Assembly: GCA_964016885.1 (NCBI GenBank)
Contig: OZ024751.1
Location: 26,846,001-26,910,000 of the forward strand
Length of the DNA stretch: 64,000 nt
Direction of reading: 5' to 3'
Origin: Eledone cirrhosa
Lineage: Eukaryota
Shown here: positions 44,106 to 57,201 of the stretch, in pieces
Numbering within the stretch: position 1 is the first letter of the stretch
How the letters are laid out: each line of letters opens with the position of its first letter
Program-made: the position numbers and the translations under genes
Notes under the pieces: model-generated
What the model was told of the DNA's origin: nothing
The model's input: only the letters and a program-made list of their open reading frames with translations
Database searches by the model: none

Positions 44106-45180
44106 GTAGTGGTGTCGTGTAGTGGTAGTGGTGATGTAGTAGTAGTGATGGTGTGACAGTGATGATGTAGTGGTAGTGGTGATGTAGTGGTAGTGGTAAT
44201 GTTGGTGGTGTTGGTGGTGGTGGTGTTGGTGGTGGTAGTGGTGGTGTGGTGATGGTGGTGTTGGTGGTGGTGTTGGTGGTGTTGGTGGTGTTGGTGGTGG
44301 TGTGGTGGTGTGGTGATGGTGGTGCTGTTGGTGTTGGTGGTGTTGGTGGTGGTGGTGTGGTGGTGTGGTGATGGTGGTGTTGGTGGTGGTGGTGTTGGTG
44401 GTGGTGTGGTGGTGTGGTGATGGTGGTGGTGTTGGTGGTGGTGGTGGTGGTGGTGTTGGTGGTGTTGGTGGTTGTGTGGTGGTGTGGTGATGGTGGTGGT
44501 GTTGGTGTTGGTGGTGTTGGTGGTGGTGGTGGTGGTGGTGGTGGTGGTGGTGTTGGTGGTGTTGGTGGTGGTGTGGTGATGGTGGTGGTGTTGGTGGTGG
44601 TGGTGGTGGTGGTGTGGTGGTGTGGTGATGGTGGTGTTGGTGTGGTGGTGTGGTGATGGTGGTGGTGTTGTTGGTGGTGGTGGTGGTGTTGGTGGTGTTG
44701 GTGGTGGTGTTGATGTTGGTGGTGGTGGTGGTGGTGGTGGTAGTGGTAGTGATAACATGCTAATAAACATCACAAGCCAAAAAGCTTGTCCTAGACATCA
44801 ACCACACCTAGGCACCCCCGCTGCTCTTGATGGGAACAGTTCCGTCTTAATGAACACACATCAATACTAAACAGACCTTACATCTATGTATGTATATATA
44901 TAGAGAGATGTGTGTGGTGTGTATGTGTCTGTGTGTGTGTGGTGTGTTTGTGTGTGTCTGTGTGTGTGTCTGTATATGTGTGTGTGTGTGGTGTGCAGGT
45001 TTCAACTATCTTTGAAGAGAAAAAATAAAACTCTTGATCTTTATTTTATACCATCTTATTAAGTAACTTAATTTGGCCACAGACATTTCATTTAATTATA
45101 CATACATCTATATACCCACATACACACACATATACACATACATATACACACACTCTTCCTCTCTCAGTTTGTATATATAT

Positions 45181-45363
45181 AATTGTTTCTACTTTAGGCA
45201 CAAGGCCAGCAAATTACCCAGTACATTACTGGTACTTTATTTTATCGACCCCGTAAAGATGAAAGGCAAAGTTAACTTCGGCGGGATTTGAACTCAGACT
45301 GTAAAGGGACGTAACTATGCTGGAAAGCATGGCGTCCGACCCTCTACCGATTCTGCCAATTCA
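45181..45363 (-). mobile_element. Near full-length SINE
   Basis: Same family as 402-556, including the tRNA-like head. Confidence 0.85.
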
Positions 45364-45661
45364 CATAATATTGTAAAAATATTGATGTAATTCAGTTCAA
45401 GAACTCAACGTGTATTTTCCACACAGGAGTGACGGAGTATTCATAGAATAGGGAAATACAAAGTTTAGAAAATAAAGTCCTTTATTAATAAGGCCGTGGT
45501 ACATATTTCGAGAAACCTACTGCCATGATCTCTTCAGCCAGCGTCTTACATAATAATATTTCAATCAAGGGGGGTAATCCAAAATTGAAGTGACAAGGGA
45601 ACGGACAAACAGCGATGTTCATGAAGCGAATGCCCGTCCCCAGGGGAACGGGCATTCGATT

Positions 45662-45698
<37 letters not shown>

Positions 45699-46200
45699 TG
45701 TTATACTTTGGGAGGGTCATGCTGCCAATAACACGCCTGTTCGTCTTACCTTCAATTTATTATTAATTTCCTGTTTGTTGGTTCGATAACCGGATGGTTG
45801 TTTATATATTGTCAAAGTTCTTTCGCCACACATTATGTGATCTCCTCAGTGATTAGGTTTTTTATTTTGTGTCTCTCCTTTGTTCTCTCCTACACCATCT
45901 TGTTTTTGTGTACTATATATGAGAGTGTATATGTGTATGTCTCTCCAAGGCTTCGAAAGGTTCACCCTAGAGAACAACTGTTAATAACTGAAAGGGCGTC
46001 GTGATAAATTGTTTGCATCGACATCCATATTTATTTTCAAACAGAGTTTACGATCCGATCAATTGATTGATTCCCCTTACTCTCCTCACAACTTTAGGAT
46101 TTTGAACTTTCGGTATAGTAACTGTTCTATATTTGATGTTGATAGTTTGCTTCTTATACTAAAGCATTTAGGTCGTGACTAGGCACTATTATAGTATAGA

Positions 46201-46252
<52 letters not shown>

Positions 46253-46256
<4 letters not shown>

Positions 46257-47086
46257 GTTTGCAATTATGCAAGCAAGCCTCATTTTTATAGCCATGTCAG
46301 TAGAATGAACTCTTCATTCTTGCTCTTGTGTTGGCATGTAAACAGAACTGCAGACACTAATGTTTCTGAGTATCACCCTTCATCAGTACAGCTCACTGTT
46401 CACCTGCCAAATTGTCAGAGCTAGTGAAAATATATGCTATTTTCTAAAATACACAGTGACTGATCGGCCTGATTTGCATATTAGCAGACTGGCTGATCAG
46501 TCAGATCTGCATATTAGCAGAACCACTGATCAGCCAGATTTGTATATCAGCAGACTGGCCAGTCAGTTTCCTGTATTCGAGCGATAAATGGCCGGCTTTG
46601 CCACATTCAAATAAAAAAAGAAAATGTTCGCTCTATATGGCTGAATACAATAAATGTATCTGAGTTTTTCGAATATTAATAATAGCATTCGATTCATTTG
46701 CAATTATGCAAACAAGCCTCATTTTTATAGCCATGTCAGTAGAATGAACTCTTCGTTTTTGCTCATGTTTAGCCAGTCTGCTAATATGCAAATCAGGTCG
46801 ATCAATCACTGTATATTTTAGAAAATAGCATATATTTTCACTAGCTCTGACAGTTTGGCAGGTGAACAGTGAGCTGTACTGATGAAGAGTGATACCCAGA
46901 AACATTAGTGTCTGCAGTTCTGTTTACATGCCAACACAAGAGCAAGAATGAAGAGTTCATTCTACTGACATGGCTATAAAAATGAGGCTTGTTTGCATAA
47001 TTGCAAAAGAATCGAATGTTATTAATATTCGAAAAAATCAGATTTACATTTATTGTATTCAGCTATGGAGAGCGAAAATTTTCTTT
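46253..47086. mobile_element. Retrozyme-like element: 439-bp HHR unit, about 1.2 units plus about 0.7 inverted unit
   Basis: gcaattatgcaa repeats at 46261 and 46700; inversion at 46770. Plus HHR 46873-46918: gctgta-CTGATGA-agagtgataccca-GAAAC-attagt-GTC-tgcagt; minus copy 46333-46408; (TA)n flanks. Confidence 0.85.
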
Positions 47087-47647
47087 ATATATATATATAT
47101 ATATCATTTAAAATGCTGGAGAGAACAACAAAGATTTATGAATACATGTATATATTTAATGGCTGACAAGTTGTTTCAAATATTGCACAGTAAGAATGGA
47201 CATTGATGTTGAGATATCGAATATAAATCGATATCAGTCCATTAAAAATAAATGAATGAGTGTCAGTACTATCACCAGACCCTAAAACAATTCTTTATAA
47301 CATATTAACTCATAAATTAAATCATATCACCGAAGTGAAAAACCTACTTTAAAGGGTTGGAAGTAATAAACCATTATAGCAGCCATTTTATGTTGGTTTG
47401 AAATTGAAAAAGTAAATAACATTCAAAGGGAGATCATTAGTGAAAAGGGGAATTAAGCATGTTTAGTCAAGAATAAAATGAATGATTCTAAAAAAGAGAA
47501 AAGGAAGGAGAATAATAAAAGGTTGAGAAGGTTTTAAGGATACAATAAAAATAAAGAATAATAAGTTTAGAGAAGAAGAATAGAAACTATAACCAGTTAT
47601 TAATAGGAAGGTGTGATACAGTTGAAACATCTGAAAGAAAGTAATAA

Positions 47648-47826
47648 TTGTTTCTAATTTTGGCATAAGGCCAGTAATTACCCAGTACATTACTGGTACT
47701 TTATTTTATCGACCCCGTAAGGATGAAAGGCAAAGTTAATCTCGACGGGATTTGAACTTAGATCTTAAAGGGACGTAACTATGCTAGAAGCATGACGTCC
47801 AATCCTCTACCGATATTGCCAATTCA
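47648..47826 (-). mobile_element. SINE with TSD aaagaaagtaataat
   Basis: Family core plus direct repeats at both ends. Confidence 0.85.
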
Positions 47827-48322
47827 CTCCAAAGAAAGTAATAATAACTATTAGAAGGAGTTAGAGTGTATTTAACCTATTGAGATACTAAAAGATAATT
47901 TCATTAATTAGGGGACATAAGGTCGAAGGCGTATGTGGGTAATAGAGTGTAATGTAATAAGAGGTTGTATTATAAATGAAAGTTAAAAAATAGAAAATAG
48001 TTAGATAAGGGAATGTGAAGTAGATAGTTAAAGTATTAATTTAAAGGGGATACATTAAAAAAAGAAATAAGATCAAAATAGGTTTAAGAATTGGAAGTAC
48101 TACTACAGTACAAGGTAAAATCTGGAAAGAGTTAGGTTTAGAAAGGATAAGGGATGGACCAACAACTAGTAAGGAGGTGTAGGTAAAGTGTATAAGTGGA
48201 AAATTTGTATAAGGAGAGAGAAGGATTTAGAAATAAAAGAATACATAAAAAATAGACAATAGGTAAGATAAGGGAAGGGAGATGAAGAACTAAATTAGAA
48301 GAAACTATGTGGGGTCGACAGC

Positions 48323-48760
48323 CTAGTTAGCAAACGAGTAAGCCAACCGGTGATAGCAATTAATAACTATTTCATTGCGATCATTAATTGGGCATGGTTT
48401 AAATAATGTTATAAAATACATTTCAGATAAGCAAAACTCACAATGGTCTTTAAGCCCTTTGTATGAGGGTGATTTAGCTAGAATGTCCCAATAAAGAGAG
48501 TATTCAGTTTTCGATAGTTTAAGAGTATTTATATGTCTGGTAAGAGAAGTTGAGGATTTTAACCTACTATTCCTAAAAGAGTGTGTGTGGGCATTAAAAC
48601 GTGTCTTGAAAGGGTTAGCGGTGGCGCCAATGTACGTTTTAATGTCGTTAGAGGTTTTCATAGTGCATCTATAAACTACGTTATTACTAAGGGGCAATTG
48701 CTAGGTATTCTACAATTACAATTGAGTTTAAGAGATGCAGATGGTTTAGGCAAATGTATA
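48323..48760 (-). pseudogene. PLE GIY-YIG endonuclease fragment; its 3' UTR/pLTR probably extends to about 47105
   Basis: NVVYRCTMK..TYIGATANPFKTRFNAHTHSF..SLYWDIL..CEFCLSE..IN; half-hammerhead GAAAC-aactt-GTC on minus near 47165. Confidence 0.85.
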
Positions 48761-49013
48761 ATATTAGGAGGTATAGGTGAGGATGTAGTAAAGTTAGGAG
48801 GAATAGAGTTAAAGTTAGACATATGGATATATCTAACTTTATATATATATATCTAACTCTCTCTCTATATATATATATATGTAAATATAACATTTTTGTA
48901 CTAAATGTAAGAATCTTCTCGGTTATGGTGCATAACTGTTGATATTGGTGTTTTTTTTAAATAAAATTAACTATATATCATCACCTAAATAATTGAATAA
49001 TTACTTATATATA

Positions 49014-49497
49014 TATGGCTGTGTGTGTCCTTACATAAGTACCACTGTATGGGTGTGTGTGTCCTTACATAAGTACCACTGTATGGCTGTGTGTGTCCTT
49101 ACATAAGTACCACTGTATGGGTGTGTGTGTCCTTACATAAGTACCACTGTATGGGTGTGTGTGTCCTTACATAAGTACCACTGTATGGGTGTGTGTGTCC
49201 TTACATAAGTACCACTGTATGGGTGTGTGTGTCCTTACATAAGTACCACTGTATGGGTGTGTGTGTCCTTACATAAGTACCACTGTATGGGTGTGTGTGT
49301 CCTTACATAAGTACCACTGTATGGGTGTGTGTGTCCTTATATAAGTACCACTGTATGGGTGTGTGTGTCCTTACATAAGTACCACTGTATGGGTGTGTGT
49401 GTCCTTACATAAGTACCACTGTATGAGCGTGTGTGTCCTTACATAAGTACCACTGTATGGGTGTGTGTGTCCTTATATAAGTACCACTGTATGAGTG
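49014..49497. repeat. 34-bp minisatellite
   Basis: Unit ccttacataagtaccactgtatgggtgtgtgtgt. Confidence 0.95.
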
Positions 49498-49580
49498 TGA
49501 ACATAGGTTTTTCAGTGAACATTTGTTTTTAAAAAAGTAATCTGACCTGATACAACAAAACTAAAACCGCAATGATTACA

Positions 49581-50446
49581 TTATTTAGTAATAACCTACC
49601 ACAGTTAAATCTTATTTAGTAATAACCTACCACTGTTAATTCTTATTTAGTAATAACCTACCACTGTTAATTATTATTTAGTAATAACCCACCACAGTTA
49701 ATTCTTATTTAGTAATAACCTACCAGTGTTAATTCTTATTTAGTAATAACCTACCACTGTTAATTATTATTTAGTAATAACCTACCACTGTTAATCCTTA
49801 TTTAGTAATAATCTACCACTGTTAATCATTATTTAGTAATAACCTACCACTGTTAATCATTATTTAGTAATAACCTACCACAGTTAATTATTATTTAGTA
49901 ATAACCTACCACTGTTAATTCTTATTTAGTAATAACCTACCACTGTTAATCCTTATTTAGTAATAACCTACCACTGTTAATCCTTATTTAGTAATAACCT
50001 ACCACTGTTAATTCTTATTTAGTAATAACCTACCACTGTTAATCCTTATTTAGTAATAACCTACCACAGTTAATTATTATTTAGTAATAACCTACCACAG
50101 TTAATTATTATTTAGTAATAACCTACCACTGTTAATCCTTATTTAGTAATAAACTACCACAGTTAATTATTATTTAGTAATAACCTACCACAGTTAATTA
50201 TTATTTAGTAATAACCTACCACTGTTAATCCTTATTTAGTAATAACCTACCACAGTTAATTATTATTTAGTAATAACCTACCACAGTTAATTATTATTTA
50301 GTAATAACCTACCACTGTTAATCCTTATTTAGTAATAACCTACCAAAGTTAATTATTATTTAGTAATAACCTACCAGAGTTAATTATTATTTAGTAATAA
50401 CCTACCATTGTTTATCCTTATTTAGTAATAACCTATCACTGTTATT
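49581..50446. repeat. 31-bp minisatellite
   Basis: Unit ttatttagtaataacctaccactgttaatcc. Confidence 0.95.
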
Positions 50447-50497
50447 TCTCTAATGATTTTATAAAAAAATATCTTAAAATTGATACTTTCACCTCGT

Positions 50498-50559
<62 letters not shown>

Positions 50560-50563
50560 GTAG

Positions 50564-50641
<78 letters not shown>

Positions 50642-51122
50642 TACATACGCCTTCTTTCATCCCGTCTCTCCCTCTCTTTCTCCATCTCTCTGTTTCTCTC
50701 ACTCTCTCTCTCATACTCACTATCTCACCGTTTCTGTCTCTCCCTCTCTCTGTCACTCTCTCTCCCTCTCTCTGTCACTCTCTCCCGTCATCCATCATAT
50801 ATAACTACCGTACATCTCATCCTCTCCACCTATCTTGATTTATTTAGACACCTTCTACTTATTCCAATATTATTATCTATCTACATACACACACACATAT
50901 ATATATATATACATATGTAGATAGATATATATATAATACATATACACACACACACATATATATATATACATATGTAGATAGATATATATATAATACATAT
51001 ACACACACACACATATATATATATATACATATGTAGATAGATATATATATAATACATATACACACACATACACATATATATATATATATACATATGTAGA
51101 TAGATATATATATAATACATAT

Positions 51123-51153
<31 letters not shown>

Positions 51154-52129
51154 CATATGTAGATAGATAGATATATAATACATATACACACACATACACA
51201 CACATGCACACATATATATATACATATGTAGATATATATATATATAATACATATACACACACATACACACACACATATATATATATATATACATATGTAG
51301 ATAGATATATATATATAATACATATACACACACATAAATATATATCCATAAATATACATATATACATAAGTAGATATATATATAAACACATACATACATA
51401 CACACACATATATATATCCATTATATGTATATATGTATATACCCCCCCCCCACCTATCGACCCCCCCCCCCACACACACACACTCCTCTTCGTTATCTCT
51501 TCTTCCTTCAATCTCTCCCAACACATCTCAATGACCAGACGACAGTTTTTCAGATAAAAATACAAACGATTACTTTCAGACGAGACTTCCATTTTACTCT
51601 GAAGCAGACGACAGCGGATAGACAAGTCTAACTACGAGATGATATATTGATGCTGTGTGGGTGTGGGTGTTTGTGTGTGTGTGTTTGCGTTTGTGTTTGT
51701 GTATGTCTGTGTACATGTGTGTATGTATATATATTCATGTGTGTGCATATGTGTATATATACATATATATAAATGTATATGTGTGTGTCTCGTTGAGAGA
51801 ATATGAGCAAATTTCTCGCAGAAACTTACGTTGTAGCTGTGTACTTTCCCTCATTTTAAACACCGATGTCTTTTAATTCCTAATTGGTGGACACCGACGT
51901 TAGTTGTGTCATGAAAAGCTCTTTATTCTAAAGTGTTTATATTTATCTAAAATACTTTCCATCATAATTTTCTGTAAAAGTTATTTCACTAAATCTCACT
52001 AAATTCTTGATTATTTTCAAAATTATTTGAAAATCGTAGACTTTCATTAGACATATTGTAATGAAAAAGAGACAGGGAAAGTATTACACTTGATAATGTC
52101 AACCACGATGACCGTTGTTTGAAGAAACG

Positions 52130-52660
52130 ATGGAATGGTAAACAACCAGTGGCAACCTGATGCAATCTGCGACTAATCCAGGCTCTACTACACTTCAGAC
52201 CGAGGAGGGTAAACTCTCCAAATATCGGTCGCCCTCCCACAGTTTTGCAGTCGAGCCCGTAACAGTGGAGACTTCTGGTGTCCTTGGCCCTTGGACCACC
52301 TCCCTACTCACCACCATTGGCACAGGGTTGGCTACCCGTAGCAGTGGAGACTTCTGGTGTCCTTGGCCATAGGACCACCTCCCTACTCACCACCATCGGC
52401 ACAGAGATGGCTACCCGTAGCAGTGGAGACTTCTGGTGTCCTTGGCCCTTGGACCACCTCCCTACTCACCACCATTGGCACAGGGTTGGCTACCCGTAGC
52501 AGTAGAGACTTCTGGTGTCCTTGGCCATAGGACCACCTCCCTACTCACCACCATCGGCACAGAGATGGCTATCTGCAGGCGTGAGTCTAGCGAGCTGGCC
52601 ATTCCAGCTCGCTAGACTCACGCCATATCATCTCTCGGGGAAATTCCTTCTCTGTTTTGA
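52130..52660 (+). mobile_element. CRE-like (REL-endonuclease) retrotransposon 3' fragment with an internal 79-bp tandem repeat
   Basis: KLSKY..VEPVTVETSGVLGP..SLLTTIG and a later GNSFSVL-like tail; 79-bp unit x4 from 52256. Confidence 0.6.
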
Positions 52661-52974
52661 CCGCCGGCGCCGTGTTGTGGCCAGCATGTGGGCCCCCACG
52701 TGCTTATAATAGTGAGAAATGTGCAGAGCGGGAGAAATAGAGGCAGTAACAATGAGAATTTGATTCTATTATGTTAAGTCCTGGTTAGTAAGTATTTAAA
52801 CTATATCTAACATTAAAAATGTAAAACTGGAATTATAACTTCATTAAATTTAAATTAACTGGAATATATTTGGACATATCTCTAATAGGGGCCATCTTGG
52901 TGACGGCAGAACATTGAAATAACAGCAACAGATGTGCTTCTGCTGTTACTACTACTACTACTACTACTACTACT

Positions 52975-53033
<59 letters not shown>

Positions 53034-53065
53034 TGGTTACACACACAACAGTTAGTTCACCATAC

Positions 53066-53103
53066 CGAAAACAATTGTTTCACCTTAGAGGATCCTCAGC
53101 TCG
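53066..53103 (-). ncRNA. Minimal hammerhead ribozyme
   Basis: cgag-CTGAGGA-tcctctaaggt-GAAAC-aatt-GTT-ttcg; palindromic stem III ACAATTGT; sits between two (TA)n tracts. Confidence 0.7.
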
Positions 53104-53137
<34 letters not shown>

Positions 53138-53425
53138 GTTTTGCGAGGTTTTTTATATGAAATCGTGTGTCGAAACAGATATTGTTATACTTATACGAGT
53201 AAGTTAGGTCGCAGATATAATTGTTTCTACTTTTGGCACAAGGCCAGCAATTATCCAGTACATTACTGGTACTTTATTTTATCGACCCCATAAGGATGAA
53301 AGAAAAGACAGCGAGAAGCGAAAACCAACCAAACAGTGAGTGTGTTCTGTTATTAATTCTGGCAATATTACGCAAATATGACCCTCCCCAAGTATAACAA
53401 TATATATATATATATATATACAATG

Positions 53426-54130
53426 CCAGTTTTTCAGTCTAAAGTCCTGGGGGAGAATGAGTCACCAAATAAGTTTTGTACAAGTTGAAAATGTGTGTAC
53501 ATATATATATAAGTCTATATATACACATGTCTATATATACACATACACACACTCCCAGATATATATATTGAGAGAGTGTGAAAGACCAACGGTCATTATT
53601 GAAAGTCTCTAGATGTGTACATTTCGCAAGGTAGTTTATATTTTTTATTGGAGAAGGTAACAACGATCACTTGCATACTCTACTCTAAATAATTGTTTCT
53701 ACTATAGGCACAAGGCCAGCAATTACCCAGTGCATTACTGGTACTTTATTTTATCGACCCCGTAAGGATGAAAGGCAAAGTTAACCTCGGTGACTCTAAA
53801 TAATAATATACTATACATTCACAATTATTTAGAAATTCAATTATAACATTCTGTACTAACATTTAGTATTACTCTATACTGCCAGTATATATACACTTTA
53901 ATTATATACACTTTATATATATATACACTTATATATATACATTTTAATTATTAAAAAATACAAATTTTTTTCCGCAAAATTTAAATTAGATTGCACTGTT
54001 TTGTTTCCTCTTATATATTTTTTGAAAATGTCATTTGTTCATTATAAAAATTAAATTTTAGCATACTATATGTGGGTGGACCCCTCTTTGTCTCCTGGCA
54101 ACCAACATTTTTAGACCAAGTCCGCCACTG
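53426..54130 (-). mobile_element. Truncated inverted copy of the 30343-31426 MITE, including the same nested SINE
   Basis: Near-identical reverse complement of about 30343-31050; near-identical 74-aa ORFs at 30814 (+) and 53439 (-). Confidence 0.9.
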
Positions 54131-54132
54131 TT

Positions 54133-54175
<43 letters not shown>

Positions 54176-55223
54176 AACCACCTCTACTACTAATACTACT
54201 ACTGACGTATCGATAGAATGATAAGGCTGGAGAAAATTCAATTAAACAAAGAAACTAGAAATATATATTATTGATGACACGCTTGTATACATATATACAT
54301 ACATACATATATATATATATATACATATATACATACATATATGTATACATACATATATACATATATACTTACATACATATATACATACATACATATATAC
54401 ATACATATATACATATATGTATACATGGTGGCTGCCAACTCATTTTCGAGTACGGCCACTACTTTATATCCATGTAGGAGAACCCCTATCGATGCGCTGA
54501 ACGAGTCTGACTTTTTAGTCCAGCCAGCGACTTGAAAACTCTGGTACAAACACTACACTTGTGACAATTATTGACACATAATGCTGGGCCCATGGTACCA
54601 TGTGACGACAAGTGCAGAGAGATCTCCAGATATAAAGCAATGCCTGTGCCGTGAAGCTTTTATAGTGAGCCAGTCCCACTCTCTTAACCAAGATGATATT
54701 TACCAAAAAGAAGAACAAGTCAACATCATTGGATACCATCAGGGTTGCAGGTGTTATATCAGAGTTTTCCTTCTCCTAGAATTCTGCCTTGACAAAGGCT
54801 AAGGGGTCATCTCTCCCGGTGATTTTGGATGCCCATTGACTCTTAAGGGCTCCTTTGCCCTTTGACAGGTTTTGTTTTTAGTCCTACAGGATGTCCAAAG
54901 TCACCCTCCTCACCAAGAAACCTTGGTGGGGTTGCCAGTTTAGTCGCCAACGACCCGACAATGAGACAGGTTGTACTGGGATACATGTTACCAGTATCCC
55001 AGTACAACCTGGATAGATACATACATATATACATACATACATACATACATACATACATACATACATACATACATACATACATACATACATACATACATTG
55101 ACTGGTAGCTCCCGATGGAGACATAGGGCTGTTGTCGTGACAAATGGCGTGTCAGGGACATCTTAAATCTGGCAGAGCCCATCCCCTCTCAGTTCTTAAT
55201 ACAGTCGACTTTTCCAGAAAACA

Positions 55224-55281
<58 letters not shown>

Positions 55282-55282
55282 T

Positions 55283-56220
55283 TCTTTATTTGCCACAAGG
55301 GCGCACAAGAAAAGGGGACAATACAAAGACACATGCCGGGGATTTTACATACAGTCGCGTAAAAAAGTTTTAACATGAAAATATAACAATCGAAATCCTC
55401 AATAGGGGGGGAGGCGTTACAAGTGGGTTGTTTTATACCCCGTAGATAGAACAACCCTCAACTCCAGGAGCATGTTGTGCAAGTCCTCCTTTCTTCTTTT
55501 CGCTCTCTTCTTCAACCTACAGGTTTATATACAAAGAAGGCCCAATCACTCGGGCCATTCTCACCACATTTACCCACCTTTCAGTAAATTTACTGGGATG
55601 CAGTACCTTTCTCTCCACTCTCATTCTCATTCTAAAGTGGTACCTATAGAAGGGAATGAGTTGTTACCCGGAGATAAAGGCATCTGTTCTCAGTCCTCTC
55701 ATCCTTGTCCACGATATAACCTCTTTTACCATAGCCACTATACTGAGGAAAACCGCCTTGCCTTCGTTTTTAAATGAAGTTGGTGGTTTGATCCTTACTA
55801 TGGACTCGGCAGTCAACTGGATTTGTCCCACACGCGACAGCAATTGTTCTGCGTAGTTCCACAGGTCGGTTACGCCGGGGCAGTGTACAATTGCGTGCAG
55901 GGCGGTTTCAATGTCTCGCTCGCATCTTGGACACGTCCTCTTTGAAGGATCCCTGTAGGGGCGTCCGTGCTTGTAGATCTTATCGCGTACTGGTAGAGCT
56001 CCTCGGTAGCACTGCCAGGCCAGGGACCTTTGGAAGTTGTCCATAGGTCCCGGGCGGAAAGTCCTGCCGAACAGACTGGTGACCTCAACGTCTTCGACGC
56101 CCAGAGTCTCTCCGAGCACGTCGTCGCATTTGTATCGTACTATCCCTCTATAGAATGACGAAGTGGAGTCTCAGCTGATTGCTGTGCCCGCTTGACAGAG
56201 GACTGTGAGCACCTGAGTGC
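55283..56220 (-). mobile_element. Tx1/L1-like LINE 3' end (zf-RVT-type region, 3' UTR, (TATC)n tail)
   Basis: RSLAWQCYRGALPVRDKIYKHG..CPRCERDIETALHAIVHCPGVTDLW; AATAAA followed by (TATC)n on minus. Confidence 0.8.
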
Positions 56221-56621
56221 CCACTATATATAGCTTTGTTAAAGATATATGTTTATTGAAAAAATATTTTACTTAGCACTTTTTAGCACTTCTGACCAAC
56301 TTCAATGTAACCTGATCCCACCACTAGCCTCTGTCCATGACGGGTTGGTAGTAGTGCACTATCAGCTTACGCCCCTTCACCAGAAAGACATAAGAAGACT
56401 TAATAGTCCTCACTTGAGGGCGGCCGACCGGACTAGAAACTGCTAAATGTTTGGCCGCCTCCTTGTCTCTCGGTCTCTTCAGCCCCATGGATTGTGTCTA
56501 TTATATTCCTTTGTTAAATTTCGAATACCTGATGATGTCACCGGATTCATACTGAACCCAGTCATTGAAATGTTCATAGTATAATAAACCTTTAAGGAAT
56601 TACACCAGTCCAGCCTCCTGT

Positions 56622-56656
<35 letters not shown>

Positions 56657-56661
<5 letters not shown>

Positions 56662-57144
56662 GTAAGTATGTATGTATACGTACATACATATATGTATAGA
56701 GACGTACAGTAGTATGTATATATACATACATGCACACATATATATATGCACGTATCGGTTTACCGAACATTTATTATAATGCTCGGTTTGTTTGTAAACA
56801 AACAAACAGCTCGAATTACGCCGTACAGTGTTTAGGCAACCACGTCACCTTTTTGTTCAACACTGACACAGGAACGATGTACTTTCAAGCTTATTAGCTA
56901 TCGTCAGCATCGTATACCTTCCTGCCAGATGGTTGAACGTCTGAAAGTATATACTTTCCTTATGCATATTAATGGCTGAACAGCCTAATTTGCATATCGA
57001 GTGAGTTTAGTCGGCCGGGCGCACCGAAAACGATAAATGGAATAGAATGAAACGAAATTTCATTTCTCACTCTTAGTACGGCAGTTACTTAAATGTAAGT
57101 ATGTATGTATACGTACATACATATATGTATACAGACGTACAGTA

Positions 57145-57148
<4 letters not shown>
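56657..57148 (-). mobile_element. Retrozyme-like 433-bp HHR unit with a 59-bp terminal redundancy
   Basis: Direct repeat 56657-56715/57090-57148; minus HHR 56874-56913 acgatg-CTGACGA-tagctaataagctt-GAAA-g-TA-catcgt; related rearranged copy at 35800-36000. Confidence 0.75.

Positions 57149-57201
<53 letters not shown>

Noticed and set aside
42902-44773. 623-aa mucin-like ORF and 379-aa Gly/Cys ORF
   Set aside because: Fully explained by the 51-bp minisatellite and (GGT)n; no signal peptide or unique domain
54740-55012. HDV-like ribozyme in the RTE-like 5' region
   Set aside because: A CTAA plus ccagt/actgg pairing is present, but I could not build a consistent P1/P1.1/P3 nested pseudoknot by eye
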